A stretch of DNA of 37,034 nucleotides, taken from a virus. Its lineage: Duplodnaviria; Caudoviricetes. The DNA lies in the IMG/VR virus record IMGVR_UViG_3300044670_000659, positions 1 through 37,034 of that record. One strand, written 5' to 3'. A program made the translations under genes and the position numbers. Below, piece after piece: positions 25,401-33,935 of this stretch (the first letter of the stretch is position 1; each line of letters starts with the position of its first letter). The notes under the pieces were generated by a model, which ran no database searches, was not told where the DNA came from, and saw only the letters and a program-made list of their open reading frames with translations.

Positions 25401-25897
25401 GACCCAGCAAGACCACCTGTGACGGCACCTGTGGCAACGGAGGCACCCATTGCAGGGAGCGACATGCCTGTGTATTCCAGAATAGAGGAGGCGACATCTC
25501 CGACATCCTCTGCATCTTGAATAGGCTTGATACCCGGTATCTTGCTGATCTCAACATCTTGTCGATCAGCATATTTCTCAAGGTCAATCTGTGTCTCAGG
25601 GGAAACATTAAATCTGTCAAGGACTGCTGCAATACCTTCAGCAGATGATCCTGCAAACTGACGACCGCCCACCTCAAACAGTTCACCGGCACGTTCAAAG
25701 AACCCTGTACCAGCTTCTTCAGCTGTCGGAGGTGTTTCAGGTTCGGGAAGACCAAGACTTATTGAGCCAGATGTAACTCCGCCCTCAACAGATTGTGTCA
25801 GCTGATCGACAAAATCCTGTTGTTCAGCAGGAGAAAAGTCGGTGAAAGTATCATCGACTTCAACCTGACCCAGTCCTTCAATCTCAAGGACAGCCAT
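22412..25897 (-). CDS. Large internal virion (ejection) protein
   Basis: 1161 aa, with an Ala/Gly-rich membrane-like segment and a helical body; terminal position in the structural arm, as for podovirus core proteins. Confidence 0.65.
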   Translation of the reverse strand: MAVLEIEGLGQVEVDDTFTDFSPAEQQDFVDQLTQSVEGGVTSGSISLGLPEPETPPTAEEAGTGFFERAGELFEVGGRQFAGSSAEGIAAVLDRFNVSPETQIDLEKYADRQDVEISKIPGIKPIQDAEDVGDVASSILEYTGMSLPAMGASVATGAVTGGLAGSAFGPVGSLLGAIGGGAGALYLSFVGENVAETKRATGRENLTDSELNAAMTTAVGQSLADSLINRLLPFKGSPKAIQNTLTKVVAGTGIEGSTELTQEALTILQANDFDVEALRTPESKRRLTEATLAGAGAGGTIAGVTGPFTTVRPETQEGAEAAAEAEALEGPAVASEREIFEDIIAGQTDTDANVLKEISDAVQGLAENSEEVTFADLQQEVESKRTAVKEALKKTKKGTKQFKALKAQQNVINSAKKKLNQVAPAVRQRNLTSADIGNQGQVRAVTRTSKIASGKSLLSPFVRLGTQATTPMAVGAAKDTTGVLPQVVARMNNYDPIVKNISADFINPIYDAAQTVAKAVKIPLTSSVSKPRKQGIAQILNFSRNAIDEDITVNEEIKKILNNFREDERSAILNAANTLKKNNDRIFKELVNAGIFTNEDYLPGYMSASHKWVRKGEKGIQQFVDSVSKVPGISRSQAERIARNIVKDFELAEKGSDVQFTSRDLAMRGSVVGAVRKEAGFEKERTLPRKITDQLFRDGLIDDDVFNVNTRYAQQAANSIAMKTLFGDSFGSDMKRIAELNADPDVRTAVTRGREIYDALQGRYNPYGVPGDWRGFLSKLIQAEYILTLSTAGITALSEPIIILSRARPGDLFYAIPKALNVAYRKSIREIFPRLSKSETEKEFSKLLYGIDSVLSERLISSSAVDVSNIVTEKYFKLNLLAQVTQFSRALAYFAGKRAIDRDLAIARGIPSTKAGIRDKKNAERRLSELGLKNLDNITPEARQIADIRIVDDFIMTPNIVNRPLWMSNPALAPVAQLKSFMFVFGNVVGARAYNELIRSKNLEGEPLDVQERAKRLFQFTVAFTLLTGAAGFLKMFKDALRNWDDEDEDYDAYGPEFWTEAFISSNLFGPYTMLFDAVKAPKYGVSPLISLAGPAAGQTERIAKAASAFITTGNATPLAKELVRMIPFIGANPSTRRQIVKDIEEGILDGTIDISDFTDI

Positions 25898-25902
25898 TGT
25901 TG

Positions 25903-27876
25903 TTACTCACCTGCGGTTTGAAGAGTCGGTGTACCGCCGCCAATAAAAGACCAGAAACCTGTATCGTCAATTATTAACTCACCAGATGCTTCAAGCATAG
26001 CAGCAATTTCTTGCGGCGAATACTTGTCATACCTTTTCTGTAGCTGGGCTATTCGACGAACAGCAGCATCAGAAACTTTTTCGTACGGACCATCCTGAAG
26101 ACGATCTGTGATAAAGTCTATATCTCGTGTCGTAGGAGTTTTGAACTTACCTTTATCTTTACCTGCTGCCATTAACGCCGCTGTGGCTTTGTCTTCGACA
26201 GCCTTAACTTCACGTTCTTTTAGGCCTCGCAGGAACTTCTTATCTTCCGCAGCAAGTTTACGTTTTTCGGCTGCATTGATAACATCTCCAGCAGTTACCC
26301 CGGCACTGCCAAGGAACTGAGTCAGATCACCAAACGGATTTCCTGTTGTTCCTTGACTACCGGCCTGAAAAAATGCACCGGACAGTTTCAGAAGATCGCC
26401 CGTAGACAGGTTGTCCAGACCACTCAGAAAAGCACTCTTAGTTTCTGTCGGCTTTGGTTCTGCCGGGGGAAGGACACGGAACGATGCAGCTTTTCCGGCT
26501 GGTTTTTCTGCCGCTGGTGTTTCTTCTTCTGTAGATGGTTTTTCTTCAACACCGAAAGACGCAGCGGCAATCATGTCTTCAGGCTTCGTCGTCTCGCCGT
26601 ACTGATCTTCAAATGCTTCAGGAAATTCAGTCGGACGTTTATCGACGAATTTTTCTAAGGCGCTTTTAGATTCTTCGTAAGACTCTGGAGTACCAAATAA
26701 GTATTCAACAAACGGACTTTTGTCTGCACCTTCTTTTATTAAATCCGGAATAATTTCTTGTACTTGTTCTTCTTTACGTCTTCGTGCCCCAAACCCATCA
26801 TAAGGAATTTTACCACCGTAAGGAAGGTCCGCCGAGCGAAGCACATCTTGTCCGAACTGACTTGTAAAAGCGTCTGCTGGTGTGCGACCCTGTTGCATTC
26901 GGACGATCTGCCCACCACCGGCCCTGCGGACAATGCCCGACAATCCGGCCTGACGGCCCACGGCACCGCCCCGGTTGAATAAGCCGAACGCCTTGCCCAT
27001 AGTCGCACCACCTGCCAGACCACTGGTAAGCTGAGTAAGGGCAGATGGACCCGCAACACCCGGTTTGATAGTCGTCTCTTGGAATCCAGACGGCGACGGT
27101 GCGTTGGTAATGAACCGGAGATATGTCGCCAGTGTCTCCTCGGGGAACATCTGTTCACGCTGGAATTGGCTCTGGGCCAGATCAATCGCAGCCTGTTCAC
27201 GGGCACGTTGCGCCTCACCGACACCACCCAGCTGACCAAGCTGTGACAACTGCTGCTGATACGCCCCGGTACCAATGGACGGCATCTGAGCGGCAAGGTT
27301 TGCCAGACGACCACGAGCCGCAGCAGCTTCTGCCAAGGACTGTTGAAATGCCTGTTGACTGCCCAGTGTCTGTAGATCAGACATCTGCTGCTGTAGGTTA
27401 CGCTGACCTTCAGTCTCTTCGACGAACCGACGGGCACCACGAAGACCACCAGCCTCTACTGCACCGGTCCTGAGTTGTGCCTGTGGGCCACGTGCATACT
27501 GACGAGACGCCTCGCGCTTGGCGATGTCGGTCACCGCCTGTTGGTACGGGTTCATTCCCTGCTGGATTTCAGCGGCAGTTATCGGGGCGGCAGCACCGAG
27601 GGCGGCTGTACGGGCAACTTCAAACGCAGGGGCCGCACCCGGACCACGGGCAAGAGACTCGATACCACTGAAGGCTTCCTGTTCCTGCGTGGCAAAAGGA
27701 GCCAACTGTTGACCGGGGAATGGCTGGAAGCCTTCGGCGGTACGCTGCTCGTAAAGTTCCTGTGACTTTCCGAAGATGTCTTCGATGTATTCGCGCTGTT
27801 CCGGGGCGTACTCAGGAACTTGACGGGTTGTCGTCGAAGTGGGCGGCGGCGGCGGTTTTGATGATCCAAAACTCAT
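25903..27876 (-). CDS. Internal virion / DNA-transfer protein
   Basis: 657 aa; Gln/Ala-rich, MNPYQQAV motif; follows the GNAT-like gene as in P22/T7-type ejection gene order. Confidence 0.6.
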   Translation of the reverse strand: MSFGSSKPPPPPTSTTTRQVPEYAPEQREYIEDIFGKSQELYEQRTAEGFQPFPGQQLAPFATQEQEAFSGIESLARGPGAAPAFEVARTAALGAAAPITAAEIQQGMNPYQQAVTDIAKREASRQYARGPQAQLRTGAVEAGGLRGARRFVEETEGQRNLQQQMSDLQTLGSQQAFQQSLAEAAAARGRLANLAAQMPSIGTGAYQQQLSQLGQLGGVGEAQRAREQAAIDLAQSQFQREQMFPEETLATYLRFITNAPSPSGFQETTIKPGVAGPSALTQLTSGLAGGATMGKAFGLFNRGGAVGRQAGLSGIVRRAGGGQIVRMQQGRTPADAFTSQFGQDVLRSADLPYGGKIPYDGFGARRRKEEQVQEIIPDLIKEGADKSPFVEYLFGTPESYEESKSALEKFVDKRPTEFPEAFEDQYGETTKPEDMIAAASFGVEEKPSTEEETPAAEKPAGKAASFRVLPPAEPKPTETKSAFLSGLDNLSTGDLLKLSGAFFQAGSQGTTGNPFGDLTQFLGSAGVTAGDVINAAEKRKLAAEDKKFLRGLKEREVKAVEDKATAALMAAGKDKGKFKTPTTRDIDFITDRLQDGPYEKVSDAAVRRIAQLQKRYDKYSPQEIAAMLEASGELIIDDTGFWSFIGGGTPTLQTAGE

Positions 27877-27877
27877 A

Positions 27878-28255
27878 TCAAAGTTCCTTTGTCATTAACA
27901 CTGCTTGACGTTTAAATCCGGGCAGAACTTTCTCCCACCCGGCACGTCCTGTAAGCATAAGACGGGCCGCTCCGTGTTGTCGGCCCCACTCTTCTACTGA
28001 CGGCAGCATCTCCTTTAATTCTTTGAGGCGTCCCCCGCCAAGCCATACATGAAGAATAGGACCATCAACGGCAGGAAGCCAGAATGTTACACCAGCGGTC
28101 TGGTGACTATCGTGTAACCAAAGGTCCGCCTGATTGTTCTTCAACAACTGATAGACACTTTCAGGTGTATGGGTATTATCCCGCCTGATGGCATCTAACA
28201 GAAGCGGCTCCGCGACAAGCCAAAACTCTACGCCTACTGGATTATACAACTCCAC
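27878..28255 (-). CDS. GNAT-fold virion assembly protein (T7 gp13 / P22 gp14-like position)
   Basis: LHVWLGGG...EEWGRQHGA..LMLTGRAGWEKVL. Confidence 0.55.
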   Translation of the reverse strand: MELYNPVGVEFWLVAEPLLLDAIRRDNTHTPESVYQLLKNNQADLWLHDSHQTAGVTFWLPAVDGPILHVWLGGGRLKELKEMLPSVEEWGRQHGAARLMLTGRAGWEKVLPGFKRQAVLMTKEL

Positions 28256-30326
28256 CCTGCCTCATCAAACCTGTCATAAGCTGCGGACCGACTGGTGCCG
28301 GTTGCTGCGTATTACCATACTTGGTCTGACGAACTTGTGAAATGAAATTGTCGAGCATATCTGCCCCGGCACCCGACGATCCGTCGCCAAGCTGCGACAC
28401 AACGTCAGCAGGGAGGACGTACTCGTCACGTGACAGGAGTGCCGGTTGGTTACCCTCGATGGAGAATGGGATGTCGTCCGACATACCTGTACCTTGTCCG
28501 GGGACCATGCCCTCGAATGCCTTGTTGGCAAAACCGACTGGTGCTGCCTCACCGCCGTAGGCCAGAGACGAAATACCGCCGCCCTGTGCCATGCCTGTAA
28601 AGAAACGTGGGATACCGCCTGTCGTAGCTGCATTGTAAATATCACCAGCAGTACGCGGAGCCGTTAGGGAAAGTGACCGAAGTGCTGTTGCACCAGCCGG
28701 AGAAGGTGCCATGGTTGCTTGTGCTTTTTTGGTATTGTACGGATCACCGTATGGCCGACCGTAGACACCGCTGTCTCCTCCTGCGTCTCCTACTCCGCCA
28801 TCATCATCTCCAATATCGCCACCGCCCGGAGACGTTGTCGGGCCTGTTACAGTACCGAGGCTGGTGTTCATTCCCATAGCATTTGCTACTGCACTTCCGA
28901 TTCCCGGAACACCGATTCCCATCGTCTGGCTATAAGACAGGTCAGGATTTACGCTAAATCCTTGTGGGGACAATCCAAACAATCCCGTCACTCCACGACC
29001 AAGCATTCCGATATCAGGAGGCGCAGCACTTATAGGCGCAGCCACAGTTTGTGATGATCCGACACCCATCGTAGCAGCGTCTGTTCCTATTGCTGCGTCC
29101 ATTGCAGCTGCGACAGCAGCAGCCTGTGCATCAGAGTATCCACCTACCCCCATACCAGCACCGGGAGCAGAATCTGACCCATCAGCCGCTGCACCTACAC
29201 CGCTTCCATCATCAGCAGCACCTTCACCAGCCGTTCCTTCCCCCGCATCAAAGTAGGCAGGAATACCCATTACATTCTGACCAGAACCGCCAAGGCTTCG
29301 GAGTAGGTCAGCCTCTTCCTGATTGATGTACGACAACTCGTGCGGCTCACCGTTGATATTCAAATCAGTAGGAACACGACCACCATCAGCAGCGAGGAAC
29401 GTACCAAAGCCGCCGGGAGATGTTGCCATGCCGTAGTACTGAGAACCGGTACTGCCTGACGGAGGATAATTAAGACTACGTGCAGCAGCCCTGCCGCGAC
29501 GACGACCAGCTTCAAGATCAGGAATACGACTGGCATAGTAGGCGTCCATGTCGTCCATACCGGCGATGTCGTACGGCATTTCTTCGGGGGCAAGAAGAGC
29601 AGAAGACAATAGACCTGAACCACCTGCGGTCAACGCGCTGCCGTATGTTGGTGCCGCACCCGCAGTCACGGCCTTTGCATAGCTTTCAGGGGCAATGCTT
29701 GACAGTGTCTCCGGCATAAGCGGTGTTTGTGCAGCACCTGTTACAGAGTCTCCAAGACGTGCGAATACGCCGGGAGTGTTTCCAGCAGCCGCGTTTTGAG
29801 TTGCATTAAATGTAGCAAGAGAAGCCGCGTCTGGGGCTACAGATGCTCCAGAAAGAGCCATATCAGGAGAAATAGAAGGAGTTGCGGTAACCCCACCGGT
29901 CGGCGCGGCAGGGGCAAACGCAGAACCGAGACCGTACGACATAAGACCTGACAAACCGCCCTGAATTAGTGAGTCACCTACGCCTTTACCCTGAAGCAGT
30001 CCAGCACCAAAGCCACCCAAACCTGCACCAACAGCCGCTGTACCAACTCCTCCAAGCGCAGCAGTAAGACCGGCAGGGGCTAACATCGGGAAAGCAATAG
30101 ATGCAGCAATCGGCAGTGCAAACGCTGCAACGTCCTTCAGCTTGAACGCCTCGGGCAGACCAGTCTCAGGGTTGATCGACAGACGACCATCCGGGGACAT
30201 AGTTTCCAGCATACGAACCTCCATCGGGTTCATATGGACCAGAGTAGAGTCGCCAAGTCGTCCCTGCATTGCAAGTGCATCTGCAAGGCCACCCATGGCC
30301 GGTCGGTTTTCCTGATAATATGACAT
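28242..30326 (-). CDS. Gly/Ala-rich internal virion protein
   Basis: 694 aa; GRLGDSTLVHM...INPETGLPE and G.GTGMSDDIP...LSRDEYVLPADVV modules typical of marine podophage ejection proteins. Confidence 0.6.
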   Translation of the reverse strand: MSYYQENRPAMGGLADALAMQGRLGDSTLVHMNPMEVRMLETMSPDGRLSINPETGLPEAFKLKDVAAFALPIAASIAFPMLAPAGLTAALGGVGTAAVGAGLGGFGAGLLQGKGVGDSLIQGGLSGLMSYGLGSAFAPAAPTGGVTATPSISPDMALSGASVAPDAASLATFNATQNAAAGNTPGVFARLGDSVTGAAQTPLMPETLSSIAPESYAKAVTAGAAPTYGSALTAGGSGLLSSALLAPEEMPYDIAGMDDMDAYYASRIPDLEAGRRRGRAAARSLNYPPSGSTGSQYYGMATSPGGFGTFLAADGGRVPTDLNINGEPHELSYINQEEADLLRSLGGSGQNVMGIPAYFDAGEGTAGEGAADDGSGVGAAADGSDSAPGAGMGVGGYSDAQAAAVAAAMDAAIGTDAATMGVGSSQTVAAPISAAPPDIGMLGRGVTGLFGLSPQGFSVNPDLSYSQTMGIGVPGIGSAVANAMGMNTSLGTVTGPTTSPGGGDIGDDDGGVGDAGGDSGVYGRPYGDPYNTKKAQATMAPSPAGATALRSLSLTAPRTAGDIYNAATTGGIPRFFTGMAQGGGISSLAYGGEAAPVGFANKAFEGMVPGQGTGMSDDIPFSIEGNQPALLSRDEYVLPADVVSQLGDGSSGAGADMLDNFISQVRQTKYGNTQQPAPVGPQLMTGLMRQGGVV

Positions 30327-30341
30327 ACCTGATTATATCCG

Positions 30342-30620
30342 CTAGTGGAAGTCTACCCAACCAGTACCAGAGATATATCCCTGAAACTTGGATGTGGCCC
30401 TGTTGTACCTGACAGCCCCTTCAGGAGGCGACTGCACGGCTGCTGTGTCGTTTACCGGCAGGACAGTATCTGACGGTGTCGAGTCTACCTCGTCGTCACG
30501 CTGCTGTAGGGTGAGCGACAACTGGCTGACATAGTCGGTAAGTATCCGGTGCAGTTCAATGATCTGCGGCTCAGTAAATTGATTGAAGTGGGCAAACAGT
30601 TCCGGATATACAGCAGCCAT
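30342..30620 (-). CDS. Hypothetical structural protein
   Basis: TGATG-coupled to the upstream gene; ends VRYN...FQGY..TGW. Confidence 0.65.
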   Translation of the reverse strand: MAAVYPELFAHFNQFTEPQIIELHRILTDYVSQLSLTLQQRDDEVDSTPSDTVLPVNDTAAVQSPPEGAVRYNRATSKFQGYISGTGWVDFH

Positions 30621-32422
30621 CAGCGACCACCATCAGGCTGTATCTGGAGACGCATGGACCCATACTTCCACGCCACCCCGGCAGTAGAGCAGTCAATCTT
30701 AATGTTGGCCTGACGACCACGGGCACGGAAGTCTACCTTCTCAGTCCCCGGCTGAATTACGAACGGACCCTTGACTGTCTCTTCAGAGGCTTGTGGGTAC
30801 CGCTTTGTCTTTATGGTGAACTTTACCTGTCCCGGATCAGAGATGGATACATCAGGAATAAGTCGGCGAATCATCATCATCTGATTGCCCGAATCAATTT
30901 CAAACGAAGCTGATTCGATGAACGACGGCAGCAGCTGACCGTCTGCTGTGTAGACACCAACCGGTTCGTTGTCGTACAGGTAGCTGTCCGATCCGCCTGT
31001 GATGACGTTATCGAAGATACCAGTGTCAGCCCATGTGGTAAACTTACCGGTGCCGTAGACCCAGTAGTTTTCCAGTGGGTTATAGCTGACGTAGGCGTTA
31101 CACTCGGTAGACGACCCCGATGGGTATAGCCACGTGATCTCGTTAAACTCTGAGTTAATACCGGCAAAGATTTTGTCGCGCTGATCCCAGTTGAGGTCAT
31201 CAAAAATATAACGACGAACAGTACAGTCCAGTGTCTGGACGGCACCACCCTGCCAGACAAAGAAGTTTGTGTCGCTCATCCAGAATGGAATGCCGTTGAA
31301 CTCTGCTGCTGCGTGTGGTGCAATAAGTCCTGTGTTGTCGCCGATGTGTCGGAAGCGGAAGACAAAAGGACCACCGACGTACTGCATTGTATGCGTGGCC
31401 ACGTCGGTCCAGATCATGACGGCCTGACGGCTGTGCATCCCGCCAACAATCTTTGAGCCGGTCCCGATTGGGTTGGACCCGGCGGTGTTCGTCGCAGAGG
31501 CTGTCCAATCGTTGTAGTTCTCCTGACTAGACCAGCGGACCAGCAGCGGATCGTAGTCACCTGCCTCATTTGTGCATCCCAGACTGATGGCGAACTGACT
31601 GTCTGGCGTTACCAGAATCTGGTTGTTCTGCGTCGGGGAGGCAGTTACCAGAGTGGCCCTAGTTTCCGCCCCACCAGTTGCGTCCCACTGGTAGATACGA
31701 CCACCACGAGGATTTGCCAGAAGGTCTTCGCCCCAGTTGGTCATTGACCACTGACGAATCTCCACGGTAATGTTGGAGGTTGTTCGCGGTGTGCCGTAGG
31801 TGGACAGGCCGTACGTACCAGCAGACCAGCCGTACCCCGGCTGCGATACAGACGGACCAGCTGGAAGCAGACGATGGATCGTAACATCACCACCAGCAGA
31901 GGCAGACGTTGCTGCTGCGGTTACGGAGATGTCCACGGCAAACGATGCTGCGTCAATAACTGAGACCTCGTACGAATCACTGATTGTCGTCAGGAAAATA
32001 TTGCCGCCAACCGTTGTTGTCTGCGATGTAAAGGCGACGTAGTTGCCGTCCTCAATCCCAATGCCGGTCACGGATACGACAATTCGGGTAGACCCTGCTG
32101 TGGTGTTCAGGCCATTTGTTGCGGTAACGACAGAAACAATCGGGGTGATGTCGTAGTTCTCACCGCCCTCGTACAGATACAGTTTCTTCTCAGTACCGAA
32201 GCCGATCAGCCGGGATGAATTAAAGTCTACCCACGTTACCGTGTCTCGGGGTGTTCCGTCAAAGACGCCGCCGCGCTTCTCGTAGCCACGAATATTCTGC
32301 GGAGTACCGTCCCGGAATCTGACATGATCGCCGTCGTACCAGTGCCCCTTCTCGGCGTACCGGGTGTTCTCCCGATTGAAGCCGGGTCGGGCAAAGTTGA
32401 GTTCGGAGAGAACACCAGCCAT
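30620..32422 (-). CDS. Tail hub / head-stabilisation protein (P22 gp10-like)
   Basis: 600 aa, beta-rich; VRWSSQE, EITWLYP, RARGRQ; position between fibre and ejection genes. Confidence 0.6.
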   Translation of the reverse strand: MAGVLSELNFARPGFNRENTRYAEKGHWYDGDHVRFRDGTPQNIRGYEKRGGVFDGTPRDTVTWVDFNSSRLIGFGTEKKLYLYEGGENYDITPIVSVVTATNGLNTTAGSTRIVVSVTGIGIEDGNYVAFTSQTTTVGGNIFLTTISDSYEVSVIDAASFAVDISVTAAATSASAGGDVTIHRLLPAGPSVSQPGYGWSAGTYGLSTYGTPRTTSNITVEIRQWSMTNWGEDLLANPRGGRIYQWDATGGAETRATLVTASPTQNNQILVTPDSQFAISLGCTNEAGDYDPLLVRWSSQENYNDWTASATNTAGSNPIGTGSKIVGGMHSRQAVMIWTDVATHTMQYVGGPFVFRFRHIGDNTGLIAPHAAAEFNGIPFWMSDTNFFVWQGGAVQTLDCTVRRYIFDDLNWDQRDKIFAGINSEFNEITWLYPSGSSTECNAYVSYNPLENYWVYGTGKFTTWADTGIFDNVITGGSDSYLYDNEPVGVYTADGQLLPSFIESASFEIDSGNQMMMIRRLIPDVSISDPGQVKFTIKTKRYPQASEETVKGPFVIQPGTEKVDFRARGRQANIKIDCSTAGVAWKYGSMRLQIQPDGGR

Positions 32423-32427
32423 GCTGC

Positions 32428-33357
32428 TTAACTCATATTACTTACGACAAACCCGCTGACTGCTGTTGATGTACGGACATTGTAGATCAGAGCATCAACT
32501 GCGGATGCAGCAGTAGACAGTGTAGGTGCGGTACCTCCTGTAAATTCCCAGTTTGCCGCGAATGATGCAGTCCTGCTTCCAGTTCCGTCCTGCCGGATGT
32601 AGATAATACCGGACTGTCCGGGCTGCGGATTGGTCGGATTGTCGAACGTGACGTTGGCGTTCAGGACTGTCGTGAAGTTGTTTCCGGCGGCAAGGTTGTA
32701 CTCGACAGAGGATGTAGCTACTGCAACAGAAACAGGGCTTGAGTATGCCTGTGAGCCGGTACCGACTACCGTAGACGTAAAAGTTGTAATTGCCGTAAAA
32801 GCAGTAGCCGATGTAAATGTCTTTGCACTGGTAATTGTTGAGTCCGTAGACACGGCAACATAACGGACGTCAGCAGACGACACCGGGATTAGTTCGTTGA
32901 CAGACGTGCCGAAATTTAGGGTAGATGCAGTTCCAAGGCCAAGGGCAGTTGTGTCCACAGCATCAGTAACTGTGGTTCCGTCTGTCATAACAATAATAGA
33001 ACCGCCCTGCGGGACTGCCGTCCCGGTACCACCGTCGATCAGGATTGTTGCATTAAACGATCCGGATGTGTTGTTCTTGACGATGTAGCTCTTGGTAATT
33101 CCAGACGGAAGATAGACCCCGGTATCTCCGGTCAGAGTTCCGGTCAGTTCAAGCATGGCCGAACGGGCCTCGTCAGCTGTACCGTCATTGGTTGTCAGAC
33201 TGACATCACCACCGGCAAGGCTGATCGTCGTGTAACCGGCAATAGCAAAGTCGGTAAGGTCGATGACCTCATCGTTGAGAACTGTACCCCACGTCGAGTC
33301 GTTGTCACCGGTCCCCTGCTTATTCAGCCTGATACGGGTGGTAAATGTAGATGCCAT
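32428..33357 (-). CDS. Tail fibre / tail structural protein
   Basis: Thr/Gly-rich; start reassigned to MASTFTTR at 33357 (TAATG coupling); C-terminal GQSG...QDGTGSRT...PTLST...VD. Confidence 0.65.
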   Translation of the reverse strand: MASTFTTRIRLNKQGTGDNDSTWGTVLNDEVIDLTDFAIAGYTTISLAGGDVSLTTNDGTADEARSAMLELTGTLTGDTGVYLPSGITKSYIVKNNTSGSFNATILIDGGTGTAVPQGGSIIVMTDGTTVTDAVDTTALGLGTASTLNFGTSVNELIPVSSADVRYVAVSTDSTITSAKTFTSATAFTAITTFTSTVVGTGSQAYSSPVSVAVATSSVEYNLAAGNNFTTVLNANVTFDNPTNPQPGQSGIIYIRQDGTGSRTASFAANWEFTGGTAPTLSTAASAVDALIYNVRTSTAVSGFVVSNMS

Positions 33358-33926
33358 TAGATTGCCTCCGGCCAATTATAGATCGGCGCATTACCGGTCG
33401 GATTACCATCAACGTCCGTTGGGGTAACGAACAATGCTTTGAAGTCATCGAGATCAACACACTGAATGATCTGATCTTCGATAATCCCAGCCGCCAGACG
33501 GACTTCGTTGCGGTACTGCTGAATGTCCGTTGGAACGTCGATGCCAGTATCCTGCTTACGAATATACGCCCAGTCAGACTGAGACAAAAGCGACCCCTGC
33601 GTTTGCTTGATCTGTGCTATCCAGACAGACTTCAACCCCGGTGTTGATAGCTGTACCAGTGTGTCCGGGTCGATTACCGGCACGTTGTTTTCGTCAACAG
33701 TTGGGATGTCTTCCAGAGCCTTTGGTGTCGTCGTGTAACTGCCATCAGCGTTCTGTGAGAACCAGTAGAAGCGTTCATCTGGTTTTGTCTGAGGCGCGAC
33801 CCAGACAAGACCGTGAGCAACCTTCTCGTCCTCAGACCAGATAGCCCAGTTAGCCGGGTGCTGGACACCGTTGTCGTCCGTCCATGCCCGACCCTCTCGA
33901 ATACGTTTTCCGTTATATGTCCACAT
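33357..33926 (-). CDS. Tail fibre assembly chaperone-like protein
   Basis: QHPANW, LLSQSDW...YRNEVR, ending WP; lies between two fibre genes. Confidence 0.6.
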   Translation of the reverse strand: MWTYNGKRIREGRAWTDDNGVQHPANWAIWSEDEKVAHGLVWVAPQTKPDERFYWFSQNADGSYTTTPKALEDIPTVDENNVPVIDPDTLVQLSTPGLKSVWIAQIKQTQGSLLSQSDWAYIRKQDTGIDVPTDIQQYRNEVRLAAGIIEDQIIQCVDLDDFKALFVTPTDVDGNPTGNAPIYNWPEAI

Positions 33927-33935
33927 TGTCTTCTC

